Positions 34,908-43,167 of a stretch of DNA of 64,000 nucleotides are shown here, one piece after another; position 1 is the first letter of the stretch; the number at the start of each line of letters is the position of its first letter. The notes beneath the pieces are model-generated. The model did no database searches. It had not been told where the DNA came from and saw only the letters and a list, made by a program, of their open reading frames with translations. Source of the DNA: an uncultured Marinobacter sp. Its GTDB lineage: Bacteria > Pseudomonadota > Gammaproteobacteria > Pseudomonadales > Oleiphilaceae. The translations under genes were made by a program, and so were the position numbers. The DNA lies in the NCBI GenBank assembly GCA_964520755.1, contig CAZFQI010000002.1, positions 22,947 through 86,946 of the forward strand. Reading direction: 5' to 3'.

Positions 34908-36017
34908 TCAGAGATCCCGGCCCGGGTAGACCAGTTCCTTTTGCTCGTCGGCTCTCTGCTGACGTGCAGACAGGCTCTCCGGCTCGTTCCGGGGTACCTG
35001 CCAGCCTTGAAGATTTTCCTCGATCAGCTTCACCAGAGCATCGATATGCCCGGGCGTAGAATTCAGCGCTGTGATATAGCTGAATCCCTCGCCACCAGCC
35101 TCCATGAAGTACTCACGGTTTTCCTCGTCGATTTCCTCAATGGTTTCCAGGCAGTCCGATGAGAAGCCGGGGCAGAACACGTCTATGGATTTGACGCCTT
35201 TGCCCGGGAGGGATTTAAGGGTTTCATCGGTGTAGGGCTTCAGCCATTCCTCCTTGCCAAACCGCGACTGGAAGGTCGTCATGTAGTCTTCTTTGCTTAA
35301 ACCAAGGCGTTCCGCCAACAACCGTGAGGTTTTGTGACACTCACAGTGGTAGGGGTCGCCCTTGGTCAGGTACTTGAGCGGCACACCGTGGTAGGAGAAC
35401 ACCAGTTTTTGATTGCGTCCGTGGTTTGCCCAGTGAGCCTCAATGTGGCGCGCCATGGCCTCGATATAGGGCGGGTAATCCGGGTAGTGGGAGACAAAGC
35501 GGAAATCCGGCAGCCAGCGGCGTTTGGCGAAATCGCTGGCGATGGCATCGAAGGTTGATGCGGAGGTGGACGCGGAATACTGCGGATACAGGGGTAAAAC
35601 CAGCAGCTTCCGGACGCCTTGTTCTTGCATTTCATCCAGAACCCGGGAAATTGACGGGTTGCCATAACGCATCGCGAACCCAACTACGACATTGGGGCCA
35701 TACTTGGCCTTGAGCGCCTCCCGGATGCCCTCGGCCTGCTTCGCAGTGTGCAGAAGCAGGGGAGACCCTTCCGGCTGCCACACGCTGGAATAGGCCTCTG
35801 CACTGCGTTTGGGGCGAATCCGAAGGATAACGCCGTGCAGGATCAACCACCACAGAGGGCGTGGCAGCTCCACCACCCGCGGGTCCGAGAGAAATTCAGC
35901 CAGATAGCGGCGGAGTGCCGACGTGGTCGGAGCATCCGGAGTACCCAGGTTGGTGACCAGCACGCCCAACCGGTCAGGCTGGTTGTGGCTGAAATTCTCT
36001 GAACCTTTGTATTGCAT
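34908..36017 (-). CDS. hemH: Ferrochelatase
   Basis: 369 aa with LGVLVTNLGTPDAPT, RYLAEFLSDPRVVE and LVLPLYPQYS motifs. Confidence 0.93.
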   Translation of the reverse strand: MQYKGSENFSHNQPDRLGVLVTNLGTPDAPTTSALRRYLAEFLSDPRVVELPRPLWWLILHGVILRIRPKRSAEAYSSVWQPEGSPLLLHTAKQAEGIREALKAKYGPNVVVGFAMRYGNPSISRVLDEMQEQGVRKLLVLPLYPQYSASTSASTFDAIASDFAKRRWLPDFRFVSHYPDYPPYIEAMARHIEAHWANHGRNQKLVFSYHGVPLKYLTKGDPYHCECHKTSRLLAERLGLSKEDYMTTFQSRFGKEEWLKPYTDETLKSLPGKGVKSIDVFCPGFSSDCLETIEEIDEENREYFMEAGGEGFSYITALNSTPGHIDALVKLIEENLQGWQVPRNEPESLSARQQRADEQKELVYPGRDL

Positions 36018-36054
36018 GCAGTGGATCCTGAACGTTGGTTAGGCGGTTGGTGCG

Positions 36055-36486
36055 TCAGCCCTTGTCGGCGGCCTGCTGTGCCATCCGTGGTGCAAGGCCG
36101 GAGATGTCGTAACCGGCGTTGCGAGCCTTGGTAAAGATTTCATTGGCTGACGTGTTTCGGGCCGCACTCAGTGCCCATAGAACGGTGCAGCGGGTTCCGG
36201 AGCGGCAGAAGGCCAGTACGGGCTTTTCGGCTTCGCGGATCATTGGTGCAAAGCGGTTTACGTCCTCATCGGTGATATTTCCCGACTCCACCGGCATATA
36301 GACCCACTCAAGGCCCTGTTCCCTGGCAGCCGCTTCAATATCCGCCATTGCCGGCTGACCGGGCTCTTCGTGATCGGGGCGGTTCGCCACAATGGTTTTG
36401 AAGCCCAGCTTTGCGGCTTCAGCCACATCGTCAACGGAAATCTGGGGGGCTACTGAAATGTTGTCGTCAATCTTTCTGATATCCAT
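36055..36486 (-). CDS. TIGR01244/DUF442-family phosphatase-fold sulfur transferase
   Basis: 143 aa. It has ISVAPQISVDDV...FKTIVANRPDHEE and the CxxGxR loop FCRSGTRC. Confidence 0.7.
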   Translation of the reverse strand: MDIRKIDDNISVAPQISVDDVAEAAKLGFKTIVANRPDHEEPGQPAMADIEAAAREQGLEWVYMPVESGNITDEDVNRFAPMIREAEKPVLAFCRSGTRCTVLWALSAARNTSANEIFTKARNAGYDISGLAPRMAQQAADKG

Positions 36487-36583
36487 GGGATGTCGTCTCC
36501 GGGTCGGGTAGTGGAGCTGTCGTCATGATCGCACAGCCTCCGGGCTGTGTCAGAGTGACGGCAGGGAAATTAACAGAAAATAC

Positions 36584-37009
36584 TTACGCTCTCGCGCGGT
36601 TGCGCTCAATCACTTCAAAAATGGCCATACCGGCAACCATGGCGGCCACAAACACCGCTGCCTTGGTTTCACCGGCACCCAGGGCGACCAGCCCCGGTCC
36701 GGGGCAGAACCCGGCAATGCCCCAGCCAACACCGAACATAAGACCGCCGAGCACCAGCCGTTTATCGATGTGAGTGTTGGAAGGCATTTTAATGTGGTAG
36801 CCGAGAAACGAAAGGGTGCGCTTGCGAGCCACGGCAAACGCGACCACACCCACCATGATGGCGCCACCCATTACGAAGGCCAGTGATGGATCCCAAAGCC
36901 CGGCGATATCAAGGAAGCCAAGCACTTTTTCGGGATTCGCCATGCCCGAAACAATAAGGCCAAAACCGAACACAAGGCCGGCAAACAGGGAAGCAAGAGA
37001 AAACTTCAT
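36584..37009 (-). CDS. YeeE/YedE-family half-size sulfur-compound transporter subunit
   Basis: 141 aa with four TM segments and the GWGIAGFCPGPG motif. Confidence 0.7.
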   Translation of the reverse strand: MKFSLASLFAGLVFGFGLIVSGMANPEKVLGFLDIAGLWDPSLAFVMGGAIMVGVVAFAVARKRTLSFLGYHIKMPSNTHIDKRLVLGGLMFGVGWGIAGFCPGPGLVALGAGETKAAVFVAAMVAGMAIFEVIERNRARA

Positions 37010-37013
37010 GACA

Positions 37014-37451
37014 TCAGACTCCCAGAAGATGACGGATTACGTACACGGTGACAAAGCCGGCAACCATAAAGCTCAGGGTTGCCGCCAGTGAACGAAGAGA
37101 CAGTCGTGAAAGACCACAAACCCCGTGTCCACTGGTGCACCCGGAACCATAGCGAGTGCCAATACCCACAAGCAGCCCGGCAATAATCAGTGCGGGATAG
37201 CCCGCCTTGATTTCAATGGGTGGCAACTCTGCGGCCAGTAACCAGACCACCGGCGCGCCGATCAGTCCGGCCAGGAAGGCAATACGCCAGGCAATGTCGC
37301 CTTTTGCCGGGCTGAGAACCCCGCCAAGAATTCCGCTGATGCCCGCAATACGCCCGTTCAGAAGCAGAAAACTGGCTGCCGCGATGCCCACCAGAATGCC
37401 CCCCAGCAGCGCTGACCAGGGGGTGAAGTTACTCCACGCAATTTCAATCAT
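37014..37451 (-). CDS. YeeE/YedE-family half-size sulfur-compound transporter subunit
   Basis: 145 aa with four TM segments and the GTRYGSGCTSGHGVCGLSR motif typical of YeeE/YedE. Confidence 0.72.
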   Translation of the reverse strand: MIEIAWSNFTPWSALLGGILVGIAAASFLLLNGRIAGISGILGGVLSPAKGDIAWRIAFLAGLIGAPVVWLLAAELPPIEIKAGYPALIIAGLLVGIGTRYGSGCTSGHGVCGLSRLSLRSLAATLSFMVAGFVTVYVIRHLLGV

Positions 37452-37515
37452 CTGATACTCCGAATGTTACCAATGTCTATTTTGGAATAAGCATATACCT
37501 TGGGGCAATAATACC

Positions 37516-37543
37516 AAAAAAAAGCCCGGCAAAGATGCCGGGC
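37516..37543 (-). terminator. Intrinsic terminator inside the leader of the yeeE/yedE operon
   Basis: On the minus strand, GCCCGGCA-TCTT-TGCCGGGC is followed by eight T. It lies 64 nt upstream of the yeeE ATG. Confidence 0.65.
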
Positions 37544-37607
37544 AGAGGCGTGCGAGTAGTATCCATGAAAGACTTCCAGACAAACCGGCATCAGCAGGGA
37601 TGCCGGT
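37516..37607 (-). promoter_or_regulatory. Attenuator-like leader with alternative hairpins
   Basis: Hairpin A (ACCGGCAT-N8-ATGCCGGT, 37607-37584) is followed by terminator hairpin B. The 3' arm of A (GATGCCGG) is complementary to the 5' arm of B (CCGGCATC). Confidence 0.45.
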
Positions 37608-37795
37608 ATTGGGAAGTATTGACCATATTTTGAACACTTCAAGTGAGAGCGCCTTTCGTTTGAAAACATTTTTTCATATTGGATACGTCTTTATACTGCG
37701 GCCGTTCACCATGCGGTTTCCAGGCCGACTGAAATCCGGCCAAAGCTGTAATACAATGGGCCTGTGAAAGAAATATCCTACCCCGAGGTTGTTAC

Positions 37796-38212
37796 ATGTC
37801 TGACGAGAACGACAATAAGCCGGAGAATGATCCGCAACTGGCGGCAAAAATCAAGGATTCCGCGCGCCAGATCTGGCTGGCAGGACTGGGCGCCTATACC
37901 AAAGCCGAGGAGGATACCGGACGCCTGTTCGACCGTCTCGTCCAGGAAGGTGAGCAGTTGGAAAATAAAACCCGGGGCGTCGTGGAAAAGCGAATCAAAT
38001 CGGTCGAGGATCGTGTTGAGGGGGTTCGAGAACGCGCTACTGGTACCTGGGACCGGCTTGAGCACATGTTCGATGAACGGGTCTCCGGAGCGCTTAGACG
38101 GCTGGGCATCCATCGACGTGAAGAAATCGAATCCCTGGAGCGTCGCATTGAGGTGCTTGAATCGGAGCTGGCTCGCCTGCGCAAGCGCGCCGGCGACGAT
38201 GAGGAAGAATAG
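37796..38212 (+). CDS. Phasin-family (PHA-granule-associated, TIGR01837-like) protein
   Basis: 138 aa. The IKDSARQIWLAGLGAYTKAEEDTGRLFDRLVQEGE segment is typical of the phasin N-terminus, and the C-terminus is coiled-coil. Confidence 0.7.
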   Translation: MSDENDNKPENDPQLAAKIKDSARQIWLAGLGAYTKAEEDTGRLFDRLVQEGEQLENKTRGVVEKRIKSVEDRVEGVRERATGTWDRLEHMFDERVSGALRRLGIHRREEIESLERRIEVLESELARLRKRAGDDEEE

Positions 38213-38221
38213 TACCGGTGG

Positions 38222-38851
38222 TCAGAGATAGTCCCGGCTCATCAGCCGGGCTTCTTCCCGGTCGTCGGGTGCCAGGTAGGGAATGATCAAATGCATCATC
38301 TGGTAAACACCGCGACCAGGATCGACCGACTCCCGGTCATCCAGATGGGATAGAGTGTCAAATGCACTCCAGTAACAAGCAGTTAGCGTTAACTGTTCAC
38401 ACAATGAGTCAAGTTCTTCCTGCTCAATCAACATGATTCCCTGGCGCTGAAAGCTCTCGCAGATTGTTCGGAAAGCGAGCATTTTCTTCTTCTGTATCCG
38501 CTTGAATCGTACCTGCAGTTGACCGTACCGGGACAGGACATTCACCAGATCCTGATAGAGAAACCGGTAGCGCGCTACTGTCTCGAACAGCAGATGCAGA
38601 AAAAATCCCTGTTGGTCCAGGCTTATGTCGGCATCTTCCGGAACCGCCAGCAGATCCACCATGTCGTGCTCATACTCGTCGAAAAGCTCCTCGACAATGT
38701 CGCCCTTGCTCTTGAAATGGTAGTAAAGGTTGCCCGGGCTGATATCCATCTCATCGGATATCAGCAGCGTGGTGACATTGGGCTCACCGACGCTGTTAAA
38801 CAGCGCCAGGCTTGTCTGAAGAATACGGTCGCGGGTTTTGATTTTTTTCAT
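38222..38851 (-). CDS. TetR/AcrR-family transcriptional regulator
   Basis: 209 aa with an N-terminal HTH (RDRILQTSLALFNSVGEPNVTTLLISDEMDISPGNLYYHFKSK). Confidence 0.85.
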   Translation of the reverse strand: MKKIKTRDRILQTSLALFNSVGEPNVTTLLISDEMDISPGNLYYHFKSKGDIVEELFDEYEHDMVDLLAVPEDADISLDQQGFFLHLLFETVARYRFLYQDLVNVLSRYGQLQVRFKRIQKKKMLAFRTICESFQRQGIMLIEQEELDSLCEQLTLTACYWSAFDTLSHLDDRESVDPGRGVYQMMHLIIPYLAPDDREEARLMSRDYL

Positions 38852-38869
38852 GTCGCGCCGGGCCAGCCC

Positions 38870-39682
38870 CTAGAGTTCGAAGCTCGCCCAGACCGGACAA
38901 TGGTCGGACGGCCGTTCCATGGCGCGGATGTCGTAGGAAACACCAGCCTGACGGGCTTTGGGCAGCAGGTTGTCACTGGCCATGATCAGGTCGATCCTGA
39001 GGCCCCGCCTGGGGTCGCGCTCAAATCCCTTGCTGCGGTAATCGAACCAGCTGAAGGTGTCCGCTTCGTCGGGGTGGAGGTGACGGAACACATCGGTGTA
39101 ACCACGGGCTTCAACCTGGCCAAGCCATTCCCGCTCCTCGGGAAGGAAGGAACATTTGCCGGTCCGCAACCAGCGTTTGGCGTTGTCCGCGCCGATACCA
39201 ATATCCTTGTCGGTTGGGGAGATGTTCATGTCACCCATGACCACCACATGGCTGCCGGCTTGCTTCAGCTCGTCCAGGTAGCGCATCAGGTCGGCGTAGA
39301 ACTTTTCCTTGGCAGGGAACTTCACCGGATGGTCACGGCTTTCGCCCTGGGGAAAATAGCCGTTAATCACCGTCAGTTTTTCACCATTGACGGTGAAATG
39401 GCCGGTGATCAGCCTGCGCTGAGAATCCTCGCCGTCCCAGGGATAGCCTTTGACAACCTCTTCCGGCTCCGCCTTTGACAGCAGGGCAACGCCGTAGTGG
39501 GTTTTCTGGCCGTGGAAATGCACGTGGTAGCCCAGTTCCCGGATCGCCTCGACCGGAAAGTCATCGTCCTGAACTTTGGTTTCCTGAAGACCGATAACAT
39601 CAGGGGCCAGGGCGTCTATAACGGCCTCAAGCTGGTGCAGGCGGGTACGGATACTGTTGACGTTGAAAGAGACGAACATCAT
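38870..39682 (-). CDS. xthA: Exodeoxyribonuclease III
   Basis: 270 aa with [27 protein letters not shown] and [10 protein letters not shown] motifs. Confidence 0.93.
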   Translation of the reverse strand: MMFVSFNVNSIRTRLHQLEAVIDALAPDVIGLQETKVQDDDFPVEAIRELGYHVHFHGQKTHYGVALLSKAEPEEVVKGYPWDGEDSQRRLITGHFTVNGEKLTVINGYFPQGESRDHPVKFPAKEKFYADLMRYLDELKQAGSHVVVMGDMNISPTDKDIGIGADNAKRWLRTGKCSFLPEEREWLGQVEARGYTDVFRHLHPDEADTFSWFDYRSKGFERDPRRGLRIDLIMASDNLLPKARQAGVSYDIRAMERPSDHCPVWASFEL

Positions 39683-39684
39683 TG

Positions 39685-39717
39685 CAAAAAACTCTCCGGC
39701 ATTGATTCCTGCCGGAG
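39685..39717 (-). terminator. Hairpin terminator ending the lipid-modification operon and abutting the xthA start
   Basis: On the minus strand, CTCCGGCA-GGAATCAA-TGCCGGAG is followed by AGTTTTTTGCA and then the xthA ATG. Confidence 0.6.
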
Positions 39718-39763
39718 TTTAACATACTGGCCCCCGGGGTCTGCCTTGGCAGGGCCGACAGTT

Positions 39764-40504
39764 TCATGGGGTCAGTTCACAATCCGGGTAGGTACCCACG
39801 GAATAACGGATATGAGCGGTATAGTTCTCGTCCTGATTCTTCCGGATGTTGGTCAGGCCGAGATAATCGGAAAGGGCGCCGGAATTGTTGTAACCCAATA
39901 CAATGGGATCTACCAGGAATCTCACCACCATGCCTGTGGGGCGTATCTGCACCACATGGTCAGCGTCCACCCGGTCGCTCTCGACCCGTTCCAGCACAAA
40001 GCCATAGTGCTCGCCCCGGGTAGGTCCAAGAAAGCGGAACTCAACGGATTCGCCCGCCACCACGCTCTGCCAGTTCTGGCGGACAAAATTGTCGAACCCG
40101 GAGTCCACCACGGTGTTGGGTGTGTAGTCCACCTCAAACCGCTCTGAATCGCCGCGGGGCGTCTGCCAGTTAATCACCAGAGTTTCCGGTTCGGGGTAGG
40201 TGATCTCCATGTTTTCATCGAACGTCGGTTGGGAGAAGTCTACGGCCGGGCGAAGTACAGAAGCCTCATATTCGAGCGTCTTTCGGGCGAAGGACTCCTC
40301 TGTATCCGGTTTATGATAGGCCACCTCATGCTGTTGAGGCCTGAAGACTCCATCCTCACAGGTGCCGTCAACCGCGTGGCGCTCCTCGTAGATCACGCTG
40401 CCATCCCCGGTGGTCGCGGTACCGGTAAAGCGAAAATCCTGCGCCACGGCCGGCAGAGCTGTAGCCAGCAGGGCAAGTGAAACAGTCACGGTCGTATGTC
40501 TCAT
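39764..40504 (-). CDS. Hypothetical secreted protein, last gene of the lipid-modification operon
   Basis: The start is taken at MRHTTVTVSLALLATALPAVAQD (signal peptide), with a 4-nt overlap onto the stop of the upstream gene. The product is 246 aa. No family was recognised. Confidence 0.6.
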   Translation of the reverse strand: MRHTTVTVSLALLATALPAVAQDFRFTGTATTGDGSVIYEERHAVDGTCEDGVFRPQQHEVAYHKPDTEESFARKTLEYEASVLRPAVDFSQPTFDENMEITYPEPETLVINWQTPRGDSERFEVDYTPNTVVDSGFDNFVRQNWQSVVAGESVEFRFLGPTRGEHYGFVLERVESDRVDADHVVQIRPTGMVVRFLVDPIVLGYNNSGALSDYLGLTNIRKNQDENYTAHIRYSVGTYPDCELTP

Positions 40505-41022
40505 CGCACCAGCTCCGGGTACAGGGTCTTGCGGGCGAACAGGAGCATTGGAAAAACGACCAGCCAGCCGAAAGCGAGCGCAATCAGCGAGGGCATCAAT
40601 TCCGGCAGCTCCACTGCGCCGAGCTGGCTTGCGGACCAGTAGGCGAACGGGCCAGCAAAGGGCGCAAGCACGAACGGCAGCCAGGCCTTCTTGCTGATCC
40701 AGTCCAGAGAATGACTGAGGGTGGTCATGAAAATGGCCCACATGGCCACCAGCCACGGTGGCGTCAGCATTACCTGGCCGGTGCCGTCGTCCAGAATACC
40801 AGTCTGGAACCAGATGCCGTCCAGAACGGAACCAACCACGGTGCCCAGGCCAATGAACTGCAATTCGGTCATCCGGTTCTGGCTGACCAGGACAAAATGC
40901 AGGATCAGAAACACCACTACGATCCCGGCACCGATCAGCCCCGGATAGAACACGCAGGCAAACCACCCCGCCTGGAAAAGCAGGAAGTTCAGTACGTTAC
41001 GAGCCGTTTCTGACGCAATCAT
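40501..41022 (-). CDS. DUF2878-like membrane protein
   Basis: 173 aa with about five TM segments (NFLLFQAGWFACVF...). It has 4-nt overlaps with both neighbours. Family assignment is from memory. Confidence 0.55.
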   Translation of the reverse strand: MIASETARNVLNFLLFQAGWFACVFYPGLIGAGIVVVFLILHFVLVSQNRMTELQFIGLGTVVGSVLDGIWFQTGILDDGTGQVMLTPPWLVAMWAIFMTTLSHSLDWISKKAWLPFVLAPFAGPFAYWSASQLGAVELPELMPSLIALAFGWLVVFPMLLFARKTLYPELVR

Positions 41023-42293
41023 ACGCTCAAAATATTCTCACGTTTGTTGCCGGGCTTGGCGAACACCAGCTGAGCGACGCCAATGGCTCGCTCGCTGAAA
41101 CCCGCCTCACAGTAGGCAAAGTAAAAGTGCCACAGCCGTCTGAATGCCTCGTCGTAACCCATTGACTCCAGTTTATCGCGGTGGGCCATAAAGCGCTCAC
41201 ACCAGTCACGAAGTGTACGGGCATAGTGGAAACCGGTGTCTTCGGTATGGGTCAGCACCAGCTTGCTTTCCTTGCGAACCGACTCGAGGATCGCTCCGAA
41301 CGAAGGAATAAAGCTGCCGGGGAATATGAAGCGCTGGATGAAGTCGACGTTTTTCAGGGCCCTCTGGTAGCGCTGTTCCGGCATATTGATGGCCTGTACA
41401 AGCGCCAGACCATCCGGCCTGAGCAAGGCGTTAATCTGGGAGAAGTAGCTATCCAGGAACTGTGGGCCAACGGCTTCGATCATCTCGATGGAGACCAGCT
41501 TGTCGAACTGGCCCTCAAGATCACGGTAATCGTCAAACAGGAGGGTGATACGGTCTTCCAGACCTTCCTTCTGGACCCGCGCTTTTGCCAACTCGAGCTG
41601 TTCTCTGGAAATGGTCGTCGTAGTCACGTGACAGCCATAGTGCCTGGCAGCGTGGATTGCAAAACCGCCCCAGCCGGTGCCGATTTCAATCACTTTGTCA
41701 CCCGGTTGCAGATCCAGTTTCTGACAGATGGTGTCCAGCTTGTGCACTGCGGCTTCTTCGAGCGTCGCTTCGGCACTCGGGTAAATGGCCGAGGAATACA
41801 TCATGGTTGGGTCGAGGAAGGTCTCGAACAGGTCGTTGCCCAGATCGTAATGAGCGCTGATGTTTTTCCGGGAGCCTTCTTTGGTATTCCGGTTCAGCCA
41901 GTGCAGGCCCTTCAGGGCAGGCTTGGTAACCCAACTGAACCGGTCTTCAAACTCGTTCATGCGGTCGACGTTGCGGGTAAAGAATCGGAGCAGGGCAACC
42001 AGATCCGGTGTCGACCAGTCACCGGCCACATACGCCTCTGCTGCTCCAACGCTTCCGCCGGTCAGCAGGTCCCGCCAGGTGCTGTGATCATGGACAATCA
42101 GTTCGGCAGGCTGGTATTGGCTGTTGCCGTCTCCGAAAACCAGGTCTTCGAACCCGGATTCTTTGATCGTCAGCTGGCCTTCGCCCAGTAACCGGAGCTG
42201 CTGAATCACCAGCGTCCTCGCAAACCGGCTAAGGGCCGGCAGGCTGCCGGAGCCGGATGCGGTATTTTCAACCGAAGTATTCAGGTTCTCCAT
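41019..42293 (-). CDS. Cyclopropane-fatty-acyl-phospholipid synthase family SAM-dependent methyltransferase
   Basis: 424 aa with SAM motif I (VIEIGTGWGGFAIHAA), plus HYDLGNDLFETFLDPTMMYSSAIY and WHFYFAYCEAGF motifs. Confidence 0.85.
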   Translation of the reverse strand: MENLNTSVENTASGSGSLPALSRFARTLVIQQLRLLGEGQLTIKESGFEDLVFGDGNSQYQPAELIVHDHSTWRDLLTGGSVGAAEAYVAGDWSTPDLVALLRFFTRNVDRMNEFEDRFSWVTKPALKGLHWLNRNTKEGSRKNISAHYDLGNDLFETFLDPTMMYSSAIYPSAEATLEEAAVHKLDTICQKLDLQPGDKVIEIGTGWGGFAIHAARHYGCHVTTTTISREQLELAKARVQKEGLEDRITLLFDDYRDLEGQFDKLVSIEMIEAVGPQFLDSYFSQINALLRPDGLALVQAINMPEQRYQRALKNVDFIQRFIFPGSFIPSFGAILESVRKESKLVLTHTEDTGFHYARTLRDWCERFMAHRDKLESMGYDEAFRRLWHFYFAYCEAGFSERAIGVAQLVFAKPGNKRENILSV

Positions 42294-43165
42294 GAGCTTA
42301 CCCTTCCGCGAATCTTGTCATTGGTCTCGGAGCTGGTGACATCCAGCCCGGAATCATCGTGCCCACGGCGGTAGGCACTGTCGTCTTCGGGAAGTTTGTC
42401 CGGATGGCTGTAAAACGGTGCCCCCTTCAGTTTGAGACGGAGCGCATGCCAGTAAATGCCTGCCACAACCTTGAACGCCTCAAACGGAAACTTTCGAAGA
42501 CTTCTGTGCACATCTTTACGATTGAGAGGGGTGCGTTGGACTACCAGGGTGGCATCAAAATGCTTGCGACCTTCCTCCAGAACATTCATGTGGATTCTCA
42601 GCTCCGGGCCCCGAAAACTGAATGTCCACTCGTAATGCTGGTTCATGCCATTGAACGGCGACACATGAAAGCGCTTGCTGAAGCCAAACTGCTCGGTGCG
42701 CCAACCGGCCTTGTTGGGTTCCGCTCCTGTGGTCTCCAGACAATAGGCATGCCGATCGTGCCAGGGTGTGTTGGTAATCTGTGCGACGATCACTTTGGGA
42801 ACCACACCATCAGCGGGACAATCCCCGGACCGGTAGCAGAAATAGAAACTGACGGGATTGAAGACATAGCCGAAGTAGCGGGGGTGGGTAATCAGTTCCA
42901 CTTCACCATCCGGGCGCCAGCCGGTGGCTTCTTCCACGTGATCGCGCACAGCCACCGACAGGTCGTCGGCTTCCGGGCGAAAGTAATCCTTGCGCTTCAG
43001 GGAGATCCAGTTGAATCGCTCCAGGGAGAAAAGCGGACTGATCCCTGCAACCTTGCCCCACTCATCGGTGTCCAGGGCCAGCATGCCGGTGCTGTAGCTG
43101 AATTCGTGTTGCACCGGGTACTTCCGTCTGTGCCGGACAGTACCCTCCAGCCACTGGCTGTTCAT
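42281..43165 (-). CDS. DUF1365 family protein
   Basis: The start is taken at MNSQWLEGTVRHRRKYPVQHEFSYSTGMLALD, typical of the DUF1365 N-terminus, for about 294 aa. The stop overlaps the methyltransferase start by 13 nt. Confidence 0.7.
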   Translation of the reverse strand: MNSQWLEGTVRHRRKYPVQHEFSYSTGMLALDTDEWGKVAGISPLFSLERFNWISLKRKDYFRPEADDLSVAVRDHVEEATGWRPDGEVELITHPRYFGYVFNPVSFYFCYRSGDCPADGVVPKVIVAQITNTPWHDRHAYCLETTGAEPNKAGWRTEQFGFSKRFHVSPFNGMNQHYEWTFSFRGPELRIHMNVLEEGRKHFDATLVVQRTPLNRKDVHRSLRKFPFEAFKVVAGIYWHALRLKLKGAPFYSHPDKLPEDDSAYRRGHDDSGLDVTSSETNDKIRGRVSSWRT

Positions 43166-43167
43166 GG

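Noticed and set aside
37448-37669. 73-aa minus-strand ORF ending in an ATGA overlap with the yeeE start
   Set aside because: It reads straight through both leader hairpins and the U8 terminator. Its composition is AT-rich and atypical, and it has no convincing ribosome-binding site. I treat the region as an RNA element instead, though translation cannot be excluded.
40505-40966. N-terminal 154-residue extension of the ORF 39764-40966
   Set aside because: The extension overlaps the DUF2878-like gene out of frame and is Arg/Gly/Pro-rich. An internal ATG at 40504 gives a clean signal peptide and a 4-nt coupled overlap, so the short form is preferred.
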